Shown: positions 1-12,885 of the stretch, one piece after another
Layout: each line of letters opens with the position of its first letter
Position numbering within the stretch: the stretch's first letter is position 1
NCBI RefSeq assembly: GCF_001447785.1
Contig: NW_015160208.1
Location: 357,655 to 421,654, forward strand
Length of the DNA: 64,000 nucleotides
Direction of reading: 5' to 3'
Origin: Gekko japonicus
Lineage: Eukaryota
Notes under the pieces: model-generated
What the model was told of the DNA's origin: nothing
Databases searched by the model: none
Seen by the model: only the letters and a program-made list of their open reading frames with translations
Translations under genes and position numbers: made by a program

Positions 1-234
1 CGCTGGCGGGAGCCGCGGTCGCCCGGGCCGAGATTGGGGGGGCAAGGCGGGCGACAGAAGGCCGATGCCTCCGTCGCCCGGCCCTCTACAGAATCCACCC
101 CCCAAACCTCCAGGTATTTCCCTCCTTAGAGCTGGCAACCCTACATTCCCCTCAGTGCCTGTTGGTAGGCAACTAAGCTTGGTCCTGTCACCTACTTTGG
201 CCTTTGGGAGAAAACACATTGGGGCCAATCCTGA

Positions 235-780
235 TAGGGTTGCCAACTCCAGATGGGAAATTCCTGGAGACTTGAGGGATGGAGCCTGAAGAGGGTGAGG
301 TTTGAGGAGGGGTGGGACCTCAGACAGGTACACTGCCATAGACTCCACCCTCCAAACCAGTCAGTCTCACATAGGGAACCATTGTTGCCAATCTCCAGGT
401 GAGGGCTGGAGAGCACTCAGTATTACAACTGTTCTGCAGAAGGGAGGGCAGAAGTCAGCTGAAGTCAAAGGGGCAGATAATGGTAGGTTGGTGGCTAGCT
501 GGGAAGGAGATGGGGTTGCCAACTACATGCTGACAAATTCCTGGGGATTTGAGGGGTGGAGCCTGGAGAGGGTGGGGTTTGCAGAGGGGTGGGACCTCAG
601 ACAGGTAGAATGCCATAGACTTCACCCTCCAAACCAGCCATTTTGTCCTGGGTAACAATTGTTGCCAATCTCCAGGTGAGGGCTACAGATTACTCACAAT
701 TACAACTGCTCTTCAGGTAGCAGAGATCAGTTCCTCTGGAGAAAACAGTGGACTCTGTCATTATACCCTGCTGAGGTCAC
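235..780. mobile_element. Tandem fragments of a TAGGGTTGCC-ended non-autonomous DNA element (MITE)
   Basis: tagggttgccaactc / ggggttgccaac starts at about 235 and about 512 with repeated internal blocks; the reciprocal end ggcaacccta lies at about 134-143. Confidence 0.55.
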
Positions 781-1144
781 CACAGCAAATTGACACTGTT
801 TGCCCAAAGCCAGAGCACTGCCCCAGAGCCTCTTTCTAGATCCCGTTGTATTGCTTTCACAACGGGCTTTACTGCTAGTTACAAGATAAGTGCTATTGCT
901 GTACTAGGCTCTTCTGTGGTAGATAAATTAAGAAGGCTGAAATGAAATTTATACACACCCAAGCACTGGCCATTGTGGCTGAAATATAGCTATGCTGTTC
1001 AACAAGAGGATCACTTAGCACTAGAAGGGCATTTTGCAGTGTGCAGAACCTCTGATCTGTAGTCCAATGATTAAGGGCTTGATTTGGAACTCTAGAGCAC
1101 ATGCCAACAATATGTTGGTTGCATGGCTGTAAGCAAATCATTAT

Positions 1145-1472
1145 TGTTGGAAAAAGCAATGTCTGGTGTACAAAGAAGAGAAGAAGACTCTGCAGGGGGC
1201 AGCAAGAAGTCAATTAAATAGGAAAGTGAGGTCAGCACCTTCTCTCCTGGTAAGTGTCATTTCTTTTCTGTCTCCAGATTGCTACTCTTAGGGCAATTTC
1301 CCCCTTCTTCTTGGAAGTGCCACACTCAGTCTTACCCTCTCTCTCAGCTAGAGATGTAGTTAGGAACATATCTCTGTCTCTCCTCTTTCCTATCAAGTAT
1401 GTTGATTCCTAAATAAACCTTTATCTACTCTTTAATCAGGTTGTGCACCGTTGCTGTGTTACTTTGCCAACA
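1145..1472 (+). mobile_element. Solo LTR
   Basis: TGTTGG...CCAACA termini, perfect 5-bp TSD attat (1140-1144 and 1473-1477), AATAAA near 1412. Confidence 0.75.
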
Positions 1473-2369
1473 ATTATCACTCAACTTCAGTAGTCTTACA
1501 GGACTATAATGAGGATAACCATTGTACAAAACATTCCTTATGGTAGACATTCTACACTTGTGATAATTCAGCTGTTAACTAAATAGGTTGTCTCTCTACA
1601 AAGCAAGGCAATCTTCAATTCTGTCAGTAGGACTAGACAATCCAGGAGATTTTGAAGCGATGAGCATGGCACATTTTTATTGGCTAACATTATTCTGGCA
1701 TGTTATGCATCAGTGATAGCTTCTTGGATATTTACCAAGAGATTTCAAAAAGCATCTGTAGCCATGTCAAAGAACATAAACCAGAATCTTCCAGGAAGAA
1801 TATTTCCAGGAACTGCCTAAACAAATCTAAAATACGGAAGCTATGAACCTAGGCATATTTACTTGGAAGTATAAACTATTGATGCCAAGGAGACTTACTG
1901 TCTAGTAAATGTGCTTAGGATGACGATAACCAAAAGATGGGGAATGGGCTGCATTGAAAACGAACAAAAAAGGCAAACTCCTTAAAGATGCAGTAGTGAT
2001 TTAATAGGTAATTCCTAACACATTTCACTGATCTTCAACAAGCGAATTTGTTGAACAGTTAGACATGTTATATTTCCTTCTGGTGAGCCATGTACAGTTC
2101 TGTATAGAGGAGCTGCATCTCCAGAAACAAATGTCTGAAAAAGATGCAGCATGTATCTTAACTAATAGTTGAACACATTTCAAGACCAATGAAATACATG
2201 GAGAGTTATCAATTAAAACACAACTGCACTTTTTTTTGCCCTTTGTATTTTTTCCTTAGGATTATACTGCAAGTGTAATTTAATAAAGGACATATCCAGT
2301 GTTAAAGTTCATTAGCCTAACTTTCAGAAGGCACTCTAGTTTTTTTGGCTGAATTCAGATGTTATAGTG

Positions 2370-2690
2370 TTTTTTTTAAACGCATTTGTAAGTTTTGTTA
2401 TTTACAAAAGAAAAGAAAAAACAAATTGATATACATAGTTCATTCTTTGGAGTTTACATTAAACATTCTTTCCAAACCATTTATACACTCTATACCATCT
2501 TTTAAAAAAAGTTCTTGCCTTTCCCTTGCAATATCGTGTTCAGTTTATCCATTTCTGCAATTTCATATATTTTTGTAACCAACTCATCCCTTGCCAGCAG
2601 TTTTTCAGATTTCCAACATTTGGCTATACGTATTCTTGCTGCAGTGAGAATATATGTCAAAATATGTGTATAGTGGCAATCCAGGAATGT
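2370..2690 (-). mobile_element. L1/Tx1-like LINE ORF2 3' fragment
   Basis: Minus-strand translations AARIRIAKCWKS and EIAEMDKLNT...KRWYRVYKW, typical of the ORF2 C-terminus. Confidence 0.55.
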
Positions 2691-3209
2691 ACTACATGCT
2701 CAGACTTTCACTCACTCTTCCTCATCTTGGAGCTTCTCCTTGTCCCCTTTTATGGGTTGTTGAGGTCAGCCACTGCTCATGTCCATTTTTTTTCTGTGGT
2801 GGCATCTACATAATGGAATGACCCTCCTGGCTTTGTGAGCAAGAGCCCCATGCTGTTGAATTTTAGAAAGTTATGCAAGGCCAAACATTTTTAAGGGCAT
2901 TTGGTTAATGTTTTTATATGGATTTTAAATGTTTATTGATTATAATGTATTGGCATTTGCTGTCGTAAAAACCAAAAGCGAGTAACCTTAAGCCCTGTTT
3001 TAGAAGAAAGGCTACATACAAATTCTTTAAATGAAGTAGGAAATGTCTTTAAATAAATAAATAGTAGAATTGTGTCAAAATGGCTGAAATTCCATGTAGC
3101 AGATTCATTGCTACAAAAAAACCCTTTTAAAGTCTATATTGAGAGCTGCATCTTTTGGAGGAGGTGAGAATTCGGAAACAATTCCATCTGGGCCAGTTAT
3201 ACATTCAAC

Positions 3210-4517
3210 TTATAACTCAATGAAAATGTTGAGACAGTGTGCAACTGCAATAAAAAAGGCCAACGCTATGCTGGGTATTATTAGGAAGGGAACTGAAAAC
3301 AAATCAGCCAGTATCATAATGCCCCTGTATAAATCAATGGTGCGACCTCATTTGGAATACTGTGTACAGTTCTGGTCACCACATCTCAAAAAGGATATTA
3401 TAGCATTGGAAAAAGTGCAGAAAAGGGCAACTAGAATGATAAAAGGGTTGGAACACTTTCCCTATGAAGAAAGGTTAAAGTGCTTGGGACTCTAGCTTGG
3501 AGAAATGATCGCTGAGCTGTGACATGATTGAGGTTTATAAGGTTATGCATGGGATAGAGCAGGTAGAGAAAGAAGTACTTTTCGCCCTTTCTCACAATAC
3601 AAGAACTTGTGGGCACTCAATGAAATTGCTGAGCAGTCGGGTTAGAACAGATAAAAGGAAGTACTTCTTCACTCAAAGAGTGATTAACACATGGAATTCA
3701 CTGCCACAGGAGGTGGTGGCAGTTACAAGCATGGACAGCTTCAAGAGGGAATTAGATAAGCATATGGAGCAGAGGTCCACCAGTGGCTATTAGCCACAAG
3801 GTATAGGTAGGAACTCTTAGGCTGGGGCAAGTGATGCTCTGTATTCTTGGTGCCTGGGGGGGGGGGGGCAGGGCCGGCTCACTCACTAGGGGTGCCAAAC
3901 TGGCGCACAGACACCCTGTTCTGGTTCTGCTGCGAACACTACTGAGTTTTAAACATGTTATGATCTTTCTGATGATACAAACACCAGTTCCACCAAAGAA
4001 CTTAGCCCTCTGGGCACAGAAGGGTCACTCCGCTGAGTCAAAGAAGAACCTAAGTAGGAGGGCTATTACATAAGGACACTCAAGTTGCAACTGACTTAAT
4101 GGCAACCCCAGCAAGGAACTGTCAAGGCAAGTGAGAAGCAGAGGTTTTTTGCGACTGCGAGTGCCTTTCTTTGTAGTCTTCCTTGGTGGAAGCCAGATGT
4201 GCAAAGCAGGCAAAGTTACAAAAGCGAGTGTTAAGAGCATGGGTGCCAGGGGAACGGGAGGTCCCGGGTACAGATCCAATTAATGGGTCCGAGCCATGGT
4301 GGGCGCAGGGGGGGCCGCCAGAAGGGATCCTTGCCTAGGGTGCAAAATAATCTGGGGCCGGCCCTGGGGGTGGGGCAACGGTGGGAGGGCTTCTTCTAAT
4401 GTCCTGGCCCCACTGCTGGACCTTCTGATGGCACCTGGTATTTTTGGCCACTGTGTGACAGAGTTGGACTAAATGGGCCATTGGCCGGATCCAACATTAG
4501 CTTCTCTTATGTTCTTG
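3210..4517 (+). mobile_element. 5'-truncated CR1 LINE interrupted by a hAT MITE
   Basis: CR1 ORF2 C-terminus (PLYKSMVRPHLEYCVQFWSP; WNSLPQEVV) and 3' UTR ending tcttatgttctt; same family as 26797-28431. Confidence 0.9.
3869..4366. mobile_element. hAT-type MITE inserted in the CR1 3' UTR
   Basis: TIRs CAGGGCCGGC...GCCGGCCCTG; 8-bp TSD gggggggg / ggggtggg. Confidence 0.75.
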
Positions 4518-4679
4518 CGAAAATACAAAGATAATTAAAAATATTTTAACTGTTATTTCTGGCAAAAGTGTCTCTCTGGCTAACTAATGCTCAGAGGAAG
4601 CTTAATGCGCTGTTTCTGCAGAATACTTTTCACTCCGGATAATTTTGGGGAAAGTACAAATTTCAGCGGGGAAGTAAGC

Positions 4680-5120
4680 TAGCTTTAAAATCAACCGGCT
4701 TGTTGCTTCCGGGCACTTAGTCATGTAAAACTCGCTCTTTTACTAGATTCTCCACAGTCTACGAATACGAGGGTGAGAAGATAGATCCAGACGGTCAGCC
4801 GTGAGAAGAAGCAGCCTTCCCTACCCGGCGGCAGAGGGGTCTGAGTCTACCAGGCAAGAAGACACCGAGGGACGAGGAGGCGGGGCTACCGTCGGACTGA
4901 TTCTACCCGGAACCTAGTTGGCTGTGGCTGCGTTACCAGGCGGGAACGGTGACGCGGCAGTATTGGCGGAGCACGAGCGCGCGAGAGGGCGGGCAGGAGG
5001 CGGCGCCGCCGGAGCCGGGGCAGGAAGCGAGTCGGGAGCGGCTGCGAGGACATGGCGGAGACCATTGTAAGTTGGGGTTGAGGGGGAGGCACGCAGGGGG
5101 CCCGCGGCTGTGAGGCCTGT
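4680..5120 (+). promoter_or_regulatory. NPLOC4: CpG-island promoter / 5' UTR of NPLOC4
   Basis: CpG-dense, GC-rich stretch immediately upstream of ATG 5052, with ETS-like CCGGAA/TTCCGG motifs, GC boxes and an ARE-like GTGACGCGGCA at 4949-4959. Confidence 0.8.
5052..5066 (+). CDS. NPLOC4: NPLOC4 coding exon 1 (MAETI)
   Basis: gacATGGCGGAGACCATT|gtaagt; matches the vertebrate NPL4 N-terminus (human MAESI); phase 0 into exon 2. Confidence 0.9.
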
Positions 5121-5576
5121 GTGGGCAGAGAAGGCCCCCTCCTTTCTCAGGGGGAAGGAAGTGGCGGGTCTGAACTGCGCCGCTTTGCCTTGCGAGTTTG
5201 TGGTCCCTCTCTCGGTCTTTACCTTCCCCTAAATCCTTCGCTGTTTTGCTGACACCTTTGCCCTTATCTCTGCCCGAACCCAGTGTAGGAGGCGCTTGTC
5301 TTCTTTTCCTCTCTCAGCGCCATACAAATTCTAGTTAAGGAGCTGATATTTTTAACTCCTCGGAGGGTCGTGGTTTGTCAAGTCCACAGTCCCATTTTAT
5401 TTTTCTTTCTGTGACGGATCGAATGGCTGTTTGTCTCTCGGCCCCCGCACCCCCATTAAAATATCGCTTTCATGCCCTACTTTCCCCAGGTTGTCTAAGG
5501 AATGTTGCCTTCGCCAAAAAGACAGAGGACATAGCTTACATCTCAGACTTGTTAAATAGTCATCCCCGCGGGAACA

Positions 5577-5658
5577 CTGGGGATTGTAGTTCGTGAGAGA
5601 ATACCACGGTTGTCTTAAAGAATTCAGCACCCTCACCAGACTACAATTCCCAGAATGC
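5577..5658. promoter_or_regulatory. Two oppositely oriented ZNF143/THAP11-type ACTACA(n)TCCCAG motifs in intron 1
   Basis: ACTACAATTCCCAGAATGC at 5640-5658 (+) and ACTACAATCCCCAG at 5577-5590 (-). Confidence 0.7.
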
Positions 5659-7151
5659 AACACCAGCTCTGTCTTTCCTCCCCGTTCGGTTTAGTCATTG
5701 TTTTATCTCCAGGTTCAGTATTAGTACTCTTTGCAACGCTTCAGTGTGGTTGTTGGGACATTTGGCTACCTGCCCACAAGCCATTATGTGTGGAATAAAG
5801 AAAGTGTGTGGAAGAAGAGAGATCAGAGCTTTAACTAGTTTTCAGAATAATAGCAGTGTTGTCTATAGTGGAACATACAGTGGTGAGACTCATTGTAATG
5901 CATTGCATTATGAGATCAGTACTGTGAGATAACAGCTAAGTTATTTTCCACTTCAGTCTTTGGAAACACTGAAGTTTATGTGCCGGTGTCCCAAATAAGT
6001 TAGGCAGAAGAATGCCCCAGGGGAAAACTTGCTATAGAAGATTCATACATGTTCTTGGCTTAGCTCCAGTTGTTAAAAGTAGAAGGCTAATGGTCCTAAA
6101 TGAACAAGAAAAGCTTAAGCATTAGTCCTGTGCACATTTCTAGTGAGTAAATCCCAAATGAACTCACTGAGTCTTGCATAGGATTGTCCATGACAGAATG
6201 AGCAAATGCTTGAACAGATGCTTTCCACTAAGTGGCTTATGTGAACAAGCCTTCACACTTTTTTCCTGCATCCAGATTTCAGAAGTGGGAGATTCTTCCT
6301 TGCCCTTCAAATCTGTGAGAATGCAGTCTTTATGGACTATGGAAGAAATTAGGGTATTGGTGATTTGAGGAATTTGTAAGAAAATAGTTTCATGGGCGGT
6401 GTTTTTAAAGGAATATCTGAACATGCTTTGTAAGCAGTTAATAACTTATATCTGAAGACTGAACTAAAGTACATTAAGTGAAAATGCATCCTGCACTGAA
6501 GCACTGCAGTTTTGTAAAGCTTAATATATTGTGTGCGTGTAATTAAAATACTTTTATTCTGTTTTTCCTGTAAAATGTCCTAGGTGGCTAGCTATAGTCA
6601 GAATGGTTATAATGAAATAACATGAAAAGCACAGTTGTCAAAAAAGGCAACTACTGACATGAAAACCTGATTGATGAACTGTTAGATCATAAATTCCCCA
6701 ATTTCTCCGAGTTCTGTTCTCTTTAGCAGCCTGATCCTATGCAGAGTTAATGACATTGATAAAATGCATTCTAACAGCATTCTTGTTAGCTAGCCCTGGC
6801 TTGAATGCTGTTGTTAACAAATAGTTGGTGGGGGTGTTTGTGACAATATTGATCAGCTGTATCTGAGGTGAAATATTGATAACAATTCTAGTAGCTATAC
6901 CAATAAAAGTGAGATGGCCTTCTTAGGACACAGTTTTGACATATGTTCAGAGCCTTCAGCTGTGGTGTAGCTTTAAAGTAATTCTAGTTAAACCTGTTTT
7001 TGGTAGAGTTGAATCAGCAATTTTGATCAGGGTTGAACAAAAGTTAAGCTGTACTATTTACTTAAAGGTAAGTTAGCCAACTGATGTTCTGTCTGGCAAT
7101 TACATGCTGCCTCCTTTGATAATGATGTCTAATTGTTAAGCAAGTTGTGTC

Positions 7152-7356
7152 CAATGCTCCCTCTAAGCAGTGGAGTCTGTGAGCAAAAATTCTACTTTGT
7201 GAGCTACCGGCATTAAAGTTGTGAGTGAGCGATTGGGCTGCTGCATAAATTAGTTTGCTCTGGAGCCCTCCTTCCTGAGCTAAGGCAAAAATGTGTGAGC
7301 CAGAGGCTAAAAAACTGTGAGCTAGCTCACCCTAACTCAGCTTAGAGGGAACACTG
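7152..7356. mobile_element. hAT-type MITE
   Basis: TIRs caatgctccctctaagc...gcttagagggaacactg; perfect 8-bp TSD gttgtgtc; second copy in opposite orientation at 22162-22367. Confidence 0.85.
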
Positions 7357-8734
7357 GTTGTGTCATATAACTGGATCAAAATACTTTTCTGCAGGGGGTA
7401 TGAATTTCAAGAAATATTGATGAAATGTACGGAAAATGCTCTTGTTTAGCTTCTTCTTTCAAAACTGTCAAGAAATGCCTATTCAGAAAACATGGTGACA
7501 TCACAATTTGCAAAGGTTGCAAACATGTCACTATTGAATAGGCAAAATTCTGGCTTTCACCTGATATCTAACTGGGCAGCCATCCATGATGATGATGTGT
7601 TTGTGCTCTGGGGCATCTGCTGAGGCAGCAGTTATCTTTTCATCCACATCTGGAAGTTGTAGTATTTCTGTTTTCCATTTATCAATGTAACAGACTTTCA
7701 AAAGACACACACTTTTTTTTAAAAAAGTCTCCTTGTCCATTTCTATATTTGTCACCATGATGGAGGTAGTAGGAAATGTCAGATCCAGTTTCAAGGTGAT
7801 CCTTGTAGATCTGCTATAAAACACACTGAAATTCAAGGGATTGTGCTTAGACTTCATAGCATGACTTGGCTCTAGGATTAATTGTTCTGCCGCCACTTCA
7901 GGGTAAAACACTGCAGGGAGTGGCAAGGAGGTAATGTTCTGGGGTACTGTAAGAATTATTCATAATAGCTGCTCTTGTTTCTTAACCATATGCAATGAAC
8001 CATTAAAGACTGAGAAACTATTATCAAAACAGTGTTTCAAACAAGCCTTTACTGTAAATCTAGCTACATTTGTAAATTTAATAAATCAAATGAAATCACC
8101 CTTCAGTTCTTTATAGTGCACCCATTCTTGGATTTCTCAAAATAAATATTCCCTTCATACCATCTACATATGCAAACTGGATCAAACTTAACTCTTGCAT
8201 AGCACTGAACTTGTCATCCACTAATTATGAAACTTCTCTAAGTCAGAGCTCATGTGAACAGCTATACATTAAACATTTTCAGTATGATTTTTCATTTTAA
8301 ACAAGCAAAACAAAGATTAACTCATATGTCTTTAAAGTGGGATTATGTACTGTGGTGCATATGATACAGTACTGTGTGAAAAAATGGTAACAATTTGTTA
8401 ACACAGCATCGCAACAAGGGGAGCAATAATTTTTTCCTTAGCCGTTTTAGATACACTGGCAGCCAAGTGTTACTGTGTGTCCAATCTGGTATGTGTTTAT
8501 ATATAATTTTAGCATTCTCTGTTAACTTCTTATCTGGCTTGCATATATGTTGTAGTAACCTCTTTAAAGTGCTAGACAGTTTTACATGCAAGCTACTGAT
8601 TCAAAGCCAACTTCATATTTTTTTAGGATTATCCAAGGCTGCTGTTTTCCAGTGTAAATAGGTGTCTTCCTTGCTTCTCCGCAAAAAGTTGCTCCACAGC
8701 TGTATGTCTTACAGGGCTGGAGTGGTGTGATACA

Positions 8735-9280
8735 CTTATTTATTTATTGTCAGATTTATACCCCGCCCTCCCCGCAAAGCAGGCTCAGGGCGGCTTCCAA
8801 TGACATATACATGATAAAAACATACATAATACAAATTAAAACATAACAGTTGAAATTAATACATTACAAAGTGCTGGCGGCAATTAAAATTCAGTCAGAA
8901 GGAATGCTTTCAGATGCGTTTCCAGCTCCCAGCATAAAGTGCTTAGATGTTATTCTGCTTGTCACTCTTATGGCAGCTGCTCAATGATGACTTTGCGGGC
9001 TTTGCACTATGGCGGTGGCCCCTAATTATATGCCTGGCGGAAGAGCTCCGTCTTGCAGGCCCTACGGAACTGCGAAAGGTCCTGCAGGGCCCTGATCTCC
9101 TCCGGGAGCTTGTTCCACCAGGTAAGGGCCGCCACCTAAAAGGCCCCGGCCCTACTAGCAGCTAGCCTGGCCTCCCTCAGGCCAGGGAGGGTCAACCGAT
9201 TTTGAGACGCAGACCGTAGTGCTTTCTGGGGTATATACGAGGAAAGGTGGTCCCGTAGGTATGTTGGACCCCGGCCATAC
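8735..9280 (-). mobile_element. L2-clade LINE 3' fragment
   Basis: (TTTA)n tail and minus-strand WNKLPEEIRALQDLSQFRRACKTELFRQAY-type ORF2 end. Confidence 0.7.
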
Positions 9281-9712
9281 TAGAGGTAGATGGCTGTTAT
9301 CAATTAAAATGAGAAGGGGCTGGTAATAATGCAGTCTGATAAAAATGTTAACAAAGGCACTAAATCTGAAGTTTGACTAATTTTCCACCTGAACTTGTAT
9401 ATAATAATTCCCGCTGGGTTTGATTTCTAAATTGAAAGAGGCTCTTGTACAGTAATCTTTCAAGTACTGCCAATGCTGTGCACCTTTAAAATAATGTGGA
9501 GATGGTGAATTTACCTAATACTTTTTATCTTCTTTCGCTCATCAATTATTCTAGAACATAAAATAACTTCCAGTAATAATCAAATTAATTTTGAGCCATG
9601 TGCTGATTTTCAAAAGCCAGTCTCTTTTGCTTAGCCTACTTTTTTGCCTCAGAAGCCAGAACGTGAGATTGGTTGTGTTCTGTTGTTTATTCCTGTTTTT
9701 GCTTCTTAACAG

Positions 9713-9793
9713 ATAATCCGTGTCCAGTCACCAGAGGGAGTCAAACGTATCACAGCCACGAAGCGGGAAACTGCTGCAACATTTCTGAAAAAG
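9713..9793 (+). CDS. NPLOC4: NPLOC4 exon 2 (IIRVQSPEGVKRITATKRETAATFLKK), ubiquitin-like domain
   Basis: ag|ATAATC...AAAAAG|gtattc, 81 nt, in frame. Confidence 0.95.
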
Positions 9794-11257
9794 GTATTCT
9801 GGCTTGGTATGCATGCATACTTCAGAGTTCTTCTAGGGCAGTAGCAAAGGTTCCTGTCCTGCAGGTCGCTCAGAACACAGCCAGTCTGTGGACTGCCCAG
9901 TAGGATTTGCTGTGGTGATAATTTAATATAATTAGAAGAGAGTGGGGATAGCTGATTGGCTGTACAATTTGGCATTGAACAGAATGCTAATCTCTTCAAA
10001 ATTAAACTGCAGCTTTCTTTTGTCTTAAACCCACAATTGACATCATCACCCAAGCCTAACCTAACTCATCCTGACATGTCACAGGTGGTGTTTCTTATCA
10101 AGGAAGAATTTTCTATAGGAGAAGGCCAGACAAGCTGGTTCAGTACACCTGAAAACAACACACTGCACAGGGAGTAGGGTGATATCTCCATGCTGATTGC
10201 TGCTAGCTGAGAGACAAGTAGGATTTGCACTGGGAGGAAGGTGCAGTCTAAAAGTACATTTGTAGTGCAAGATTGCTTTTCTTCCTTCACTGTGGGGTAG
10301 TCATGTGAGAAACAATATAGCTGTCATTATATTGCCTAAGGCTGCTCTCTCATATTTATGAGGGACTGACTGATTCCTCTTGAATTCAGTGNNNNNNNNN
10401 NNNNNNNNNNNNNNNNNNNNNNNNNNNNNNNNCTCAATAGAAATCACATTTCTTGATTTCTTTTCTACTCAAATTGTACCAAAGTGATGCAAAATGTAAA
10501 AATAAAAATAACAGCTGAAATGAATACCCAGTATGAGCCTCATAAATACAGCTTAAAATCTCAGTGTAACAGACAGGAAGAAAAGAAGAGCAGGAAGAAA
10601 AGAGCAGTGATTCAAACCCCCATAAGAGATTGCACTAAAACACGGGGAAGTCTTTCCAATAGGGCAAGATCTTCACATGCCAGCAACAGCTGGTAAATGG
10701 AAGTGGGTAGGTGATTCTTCCCTGTAGTCAAATTCCATAAACAAATTAGGAAATTTCATATGCAATTACACAGCACCTGATGATCCCACTGTAATTTTTG
10801 TCTATTTTGGAAATCACTGAGAACAGTTTAAAGCTTTTAGATATATTTTTTACTACTATATTTGTATCTTAGTCATTTTTAGCTGATGCAGAGGTAAAGC
10901 TGCCACTTCTGCTTACTCATAGTTAAGCATCTGAGAGCAGGCTGTGCAATTGTATGCTCCTTTCTATCCCTGTCTGTCTGGAATGCAGTCTGTCCCCCTG
11001 GCCTAACCATGATTAACTGTTAAATCAGACACATTGATAACCACGGGTGGGTTTAACAATAGTTTCTGCTTAATTTGAAAAAGGCACCTATACAAGACCC
11101 CCCTTTTTATACATAGTGTCCTATAGATCGTACATTTCAGAAGCTCTACTGCATTTCGACAAAACATCTGCAGCAGAAGTGTTGTAGTGTCTTGGTATAT
11201 TTATCCCTGCAGCACACATTCCAGATGTTATAGTCTCTCATTCTTTTATTTTTTCAG

Positions 11258-11370
11258 GTTGCAAAAGAATTTGGCTTCAGAAATAATGGTTTTTCTGTGT
11301 ACATCAATAGAAATAGGACTGGTGAGATCACAGCATCTCCCAACAAGTCCCTCAACTTACTAAAAATCAA
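11258..11370 (+). CDS. NPLOC4: NPLOC4 exon 3 (VAKEFGFRNNGFSVYINRNRTGEITASPNKSLNLLKIK)
   Basis: tttcag|GTT...ATCAA|gtaagt, 113 nt. Confidence 0.95.
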
Positions 11371-11586
11371 GTAAGTACTTAGCAAAAGACAAGCCACTGT
11401 TTGATTATAATAGGTTCTGCTGCTGTTTTGACAAGCCTGTCTCATTTCTCATCCATGTCTACCTGATAACTGGACAGAAATGTTCCTTATGTGGTGTCAG
11501 CTTTTCCATTTATGCCTAAAGCTGCCTGTGAAGCTTACTCTGTTAGAAGTAAGAGCTGTTGTTTAGTACTCTGTGTTGGGCTATAG

Positions 11587-11779
11587 CAGAGGTTCCTAAA
11601 CTTATTTGGCCTACCACCCCCTTTTCAGAAAAAAAATTACTCAGCGCCCCCCTGGACATCTACCTTCAAGAAGTGGACAAAAAGATGCAGTTTGTGGATC
11701 TGCACGTGGATCGTTCCAGCCCACCTGGATCGTTCCAGCACCCCCCAGGGGGTGGTATTACCCACTTTGGGAACCAGTG
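11587..11779. mobile_element. hAT-type MITE
   Basis: cagaggttcctaaac...tttgggaaccagtg with perfect 8-bp TSD ggctatag. Confidence 0.8.
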
Positions 11780-12149
11780 GGCTATAGGAAATAAATTTTC
11801 TGTGCTTATTGCTCACAAAATTTTCTTTTTCCATCCACTGTGTGAGTGTGCAAAACTTGTAAATTAACTTGCCATTTCATAGCTAATAGAAGTGCTGGTC
11901 TCTTCAGAATAGCTTGAAATGTTATTGTTTAGTGTGTGCATGGTTCATAAAAAGGCAGGGACTTGTCAGCAAAACAGCATTCTGTGTGTCAGCAACTTTA
12001 GCATGAAACATGTTCAAGAGCAGCTTTCCCTGGTGATACTAGTCTGCTACTCATTCCCCACTGTTGTCAAAGCTACTTTCAAGAAGTATATGACTACTAA
12101 TATAGGAAAGTTTCCAACTAGCCTTTTAATCTCCTGTATAGCAGGAGAT

Positions 12150-12298
12150 TCCGTGTGCCTCGGTGTTTAGTCATGCCGGCCACATGACCACGGAAATGTC
12201 TTCGGACAGTGCTGGCTCTTCGGCTTTGAAACGGAGATGAGCACTGCAACCCTAGAGTCGGACTTGACTGGCTTTTGAGCAAGGGAAACCTTTACCTT
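12150..12298 (+). mobile_element. 5'-truncated Sauria SINE
   Basis: gtcatgccggccacatgacc...ccctagagtcggac...cctttacctt tail; near-identical to the 3' half of 16834-17187. Confidence 0.85.
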
Positions 12299-12885
12299 AT
12301 AGCACTTTGTCCTCTTTTTTAAATCCAGCCTTGATAAAAGTTCTCTTTTTGCTTCTTCTATTGTACAGAGGCAACCCCCCTATATCCTTTAGGTTCTTCA
12401 GTCATCTCCTCTGTTGTTATGAGTGGAAAGGTTAGTCCTGATGGGTGTAGATGGCTTATCAACTTGCTATTGAATCAGTCTTCCCTCTTATGGCTGGTCT
12501 TATAGCAGGCTGATAATTATGGATGAGGAGGAAGAAGAAAAGATATTTAGCAGTAAAGTTCAGAAACTTGTCACCCTTTACTTGACATCTCTGTTCTTCT
12601 CCTGACTGGGGAGTGGAGGGAGGACAGCATTTCAGTGATGTTGCCATACTTGTTCATTGGAATGGATTGTCACAGAATAAATGCTTATTTAAAAAGTACC
12701 AGTGTTGATTGCTTTGAGGTAGAAAGAAATGACACCAGCAACCAGAAGATTATATTTGTGTTGCTGAAATAATATACAATGATAATGTTGCACTATTTTA
12801 CTCCTGTAGAGTGATATCTCAGAATAAAAGTGGCATTCATCAACTGTAATAGTTGTTTGATCATGTCTTTTGTCTCCTCTTGTAG

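Noticed and set aside
10392-10432. N run in intron 2 possibly hiding an exon
   Set aside because: Exons 2 and 3 join in frame with the expected NPL4 sequence; it is only an assembly gap
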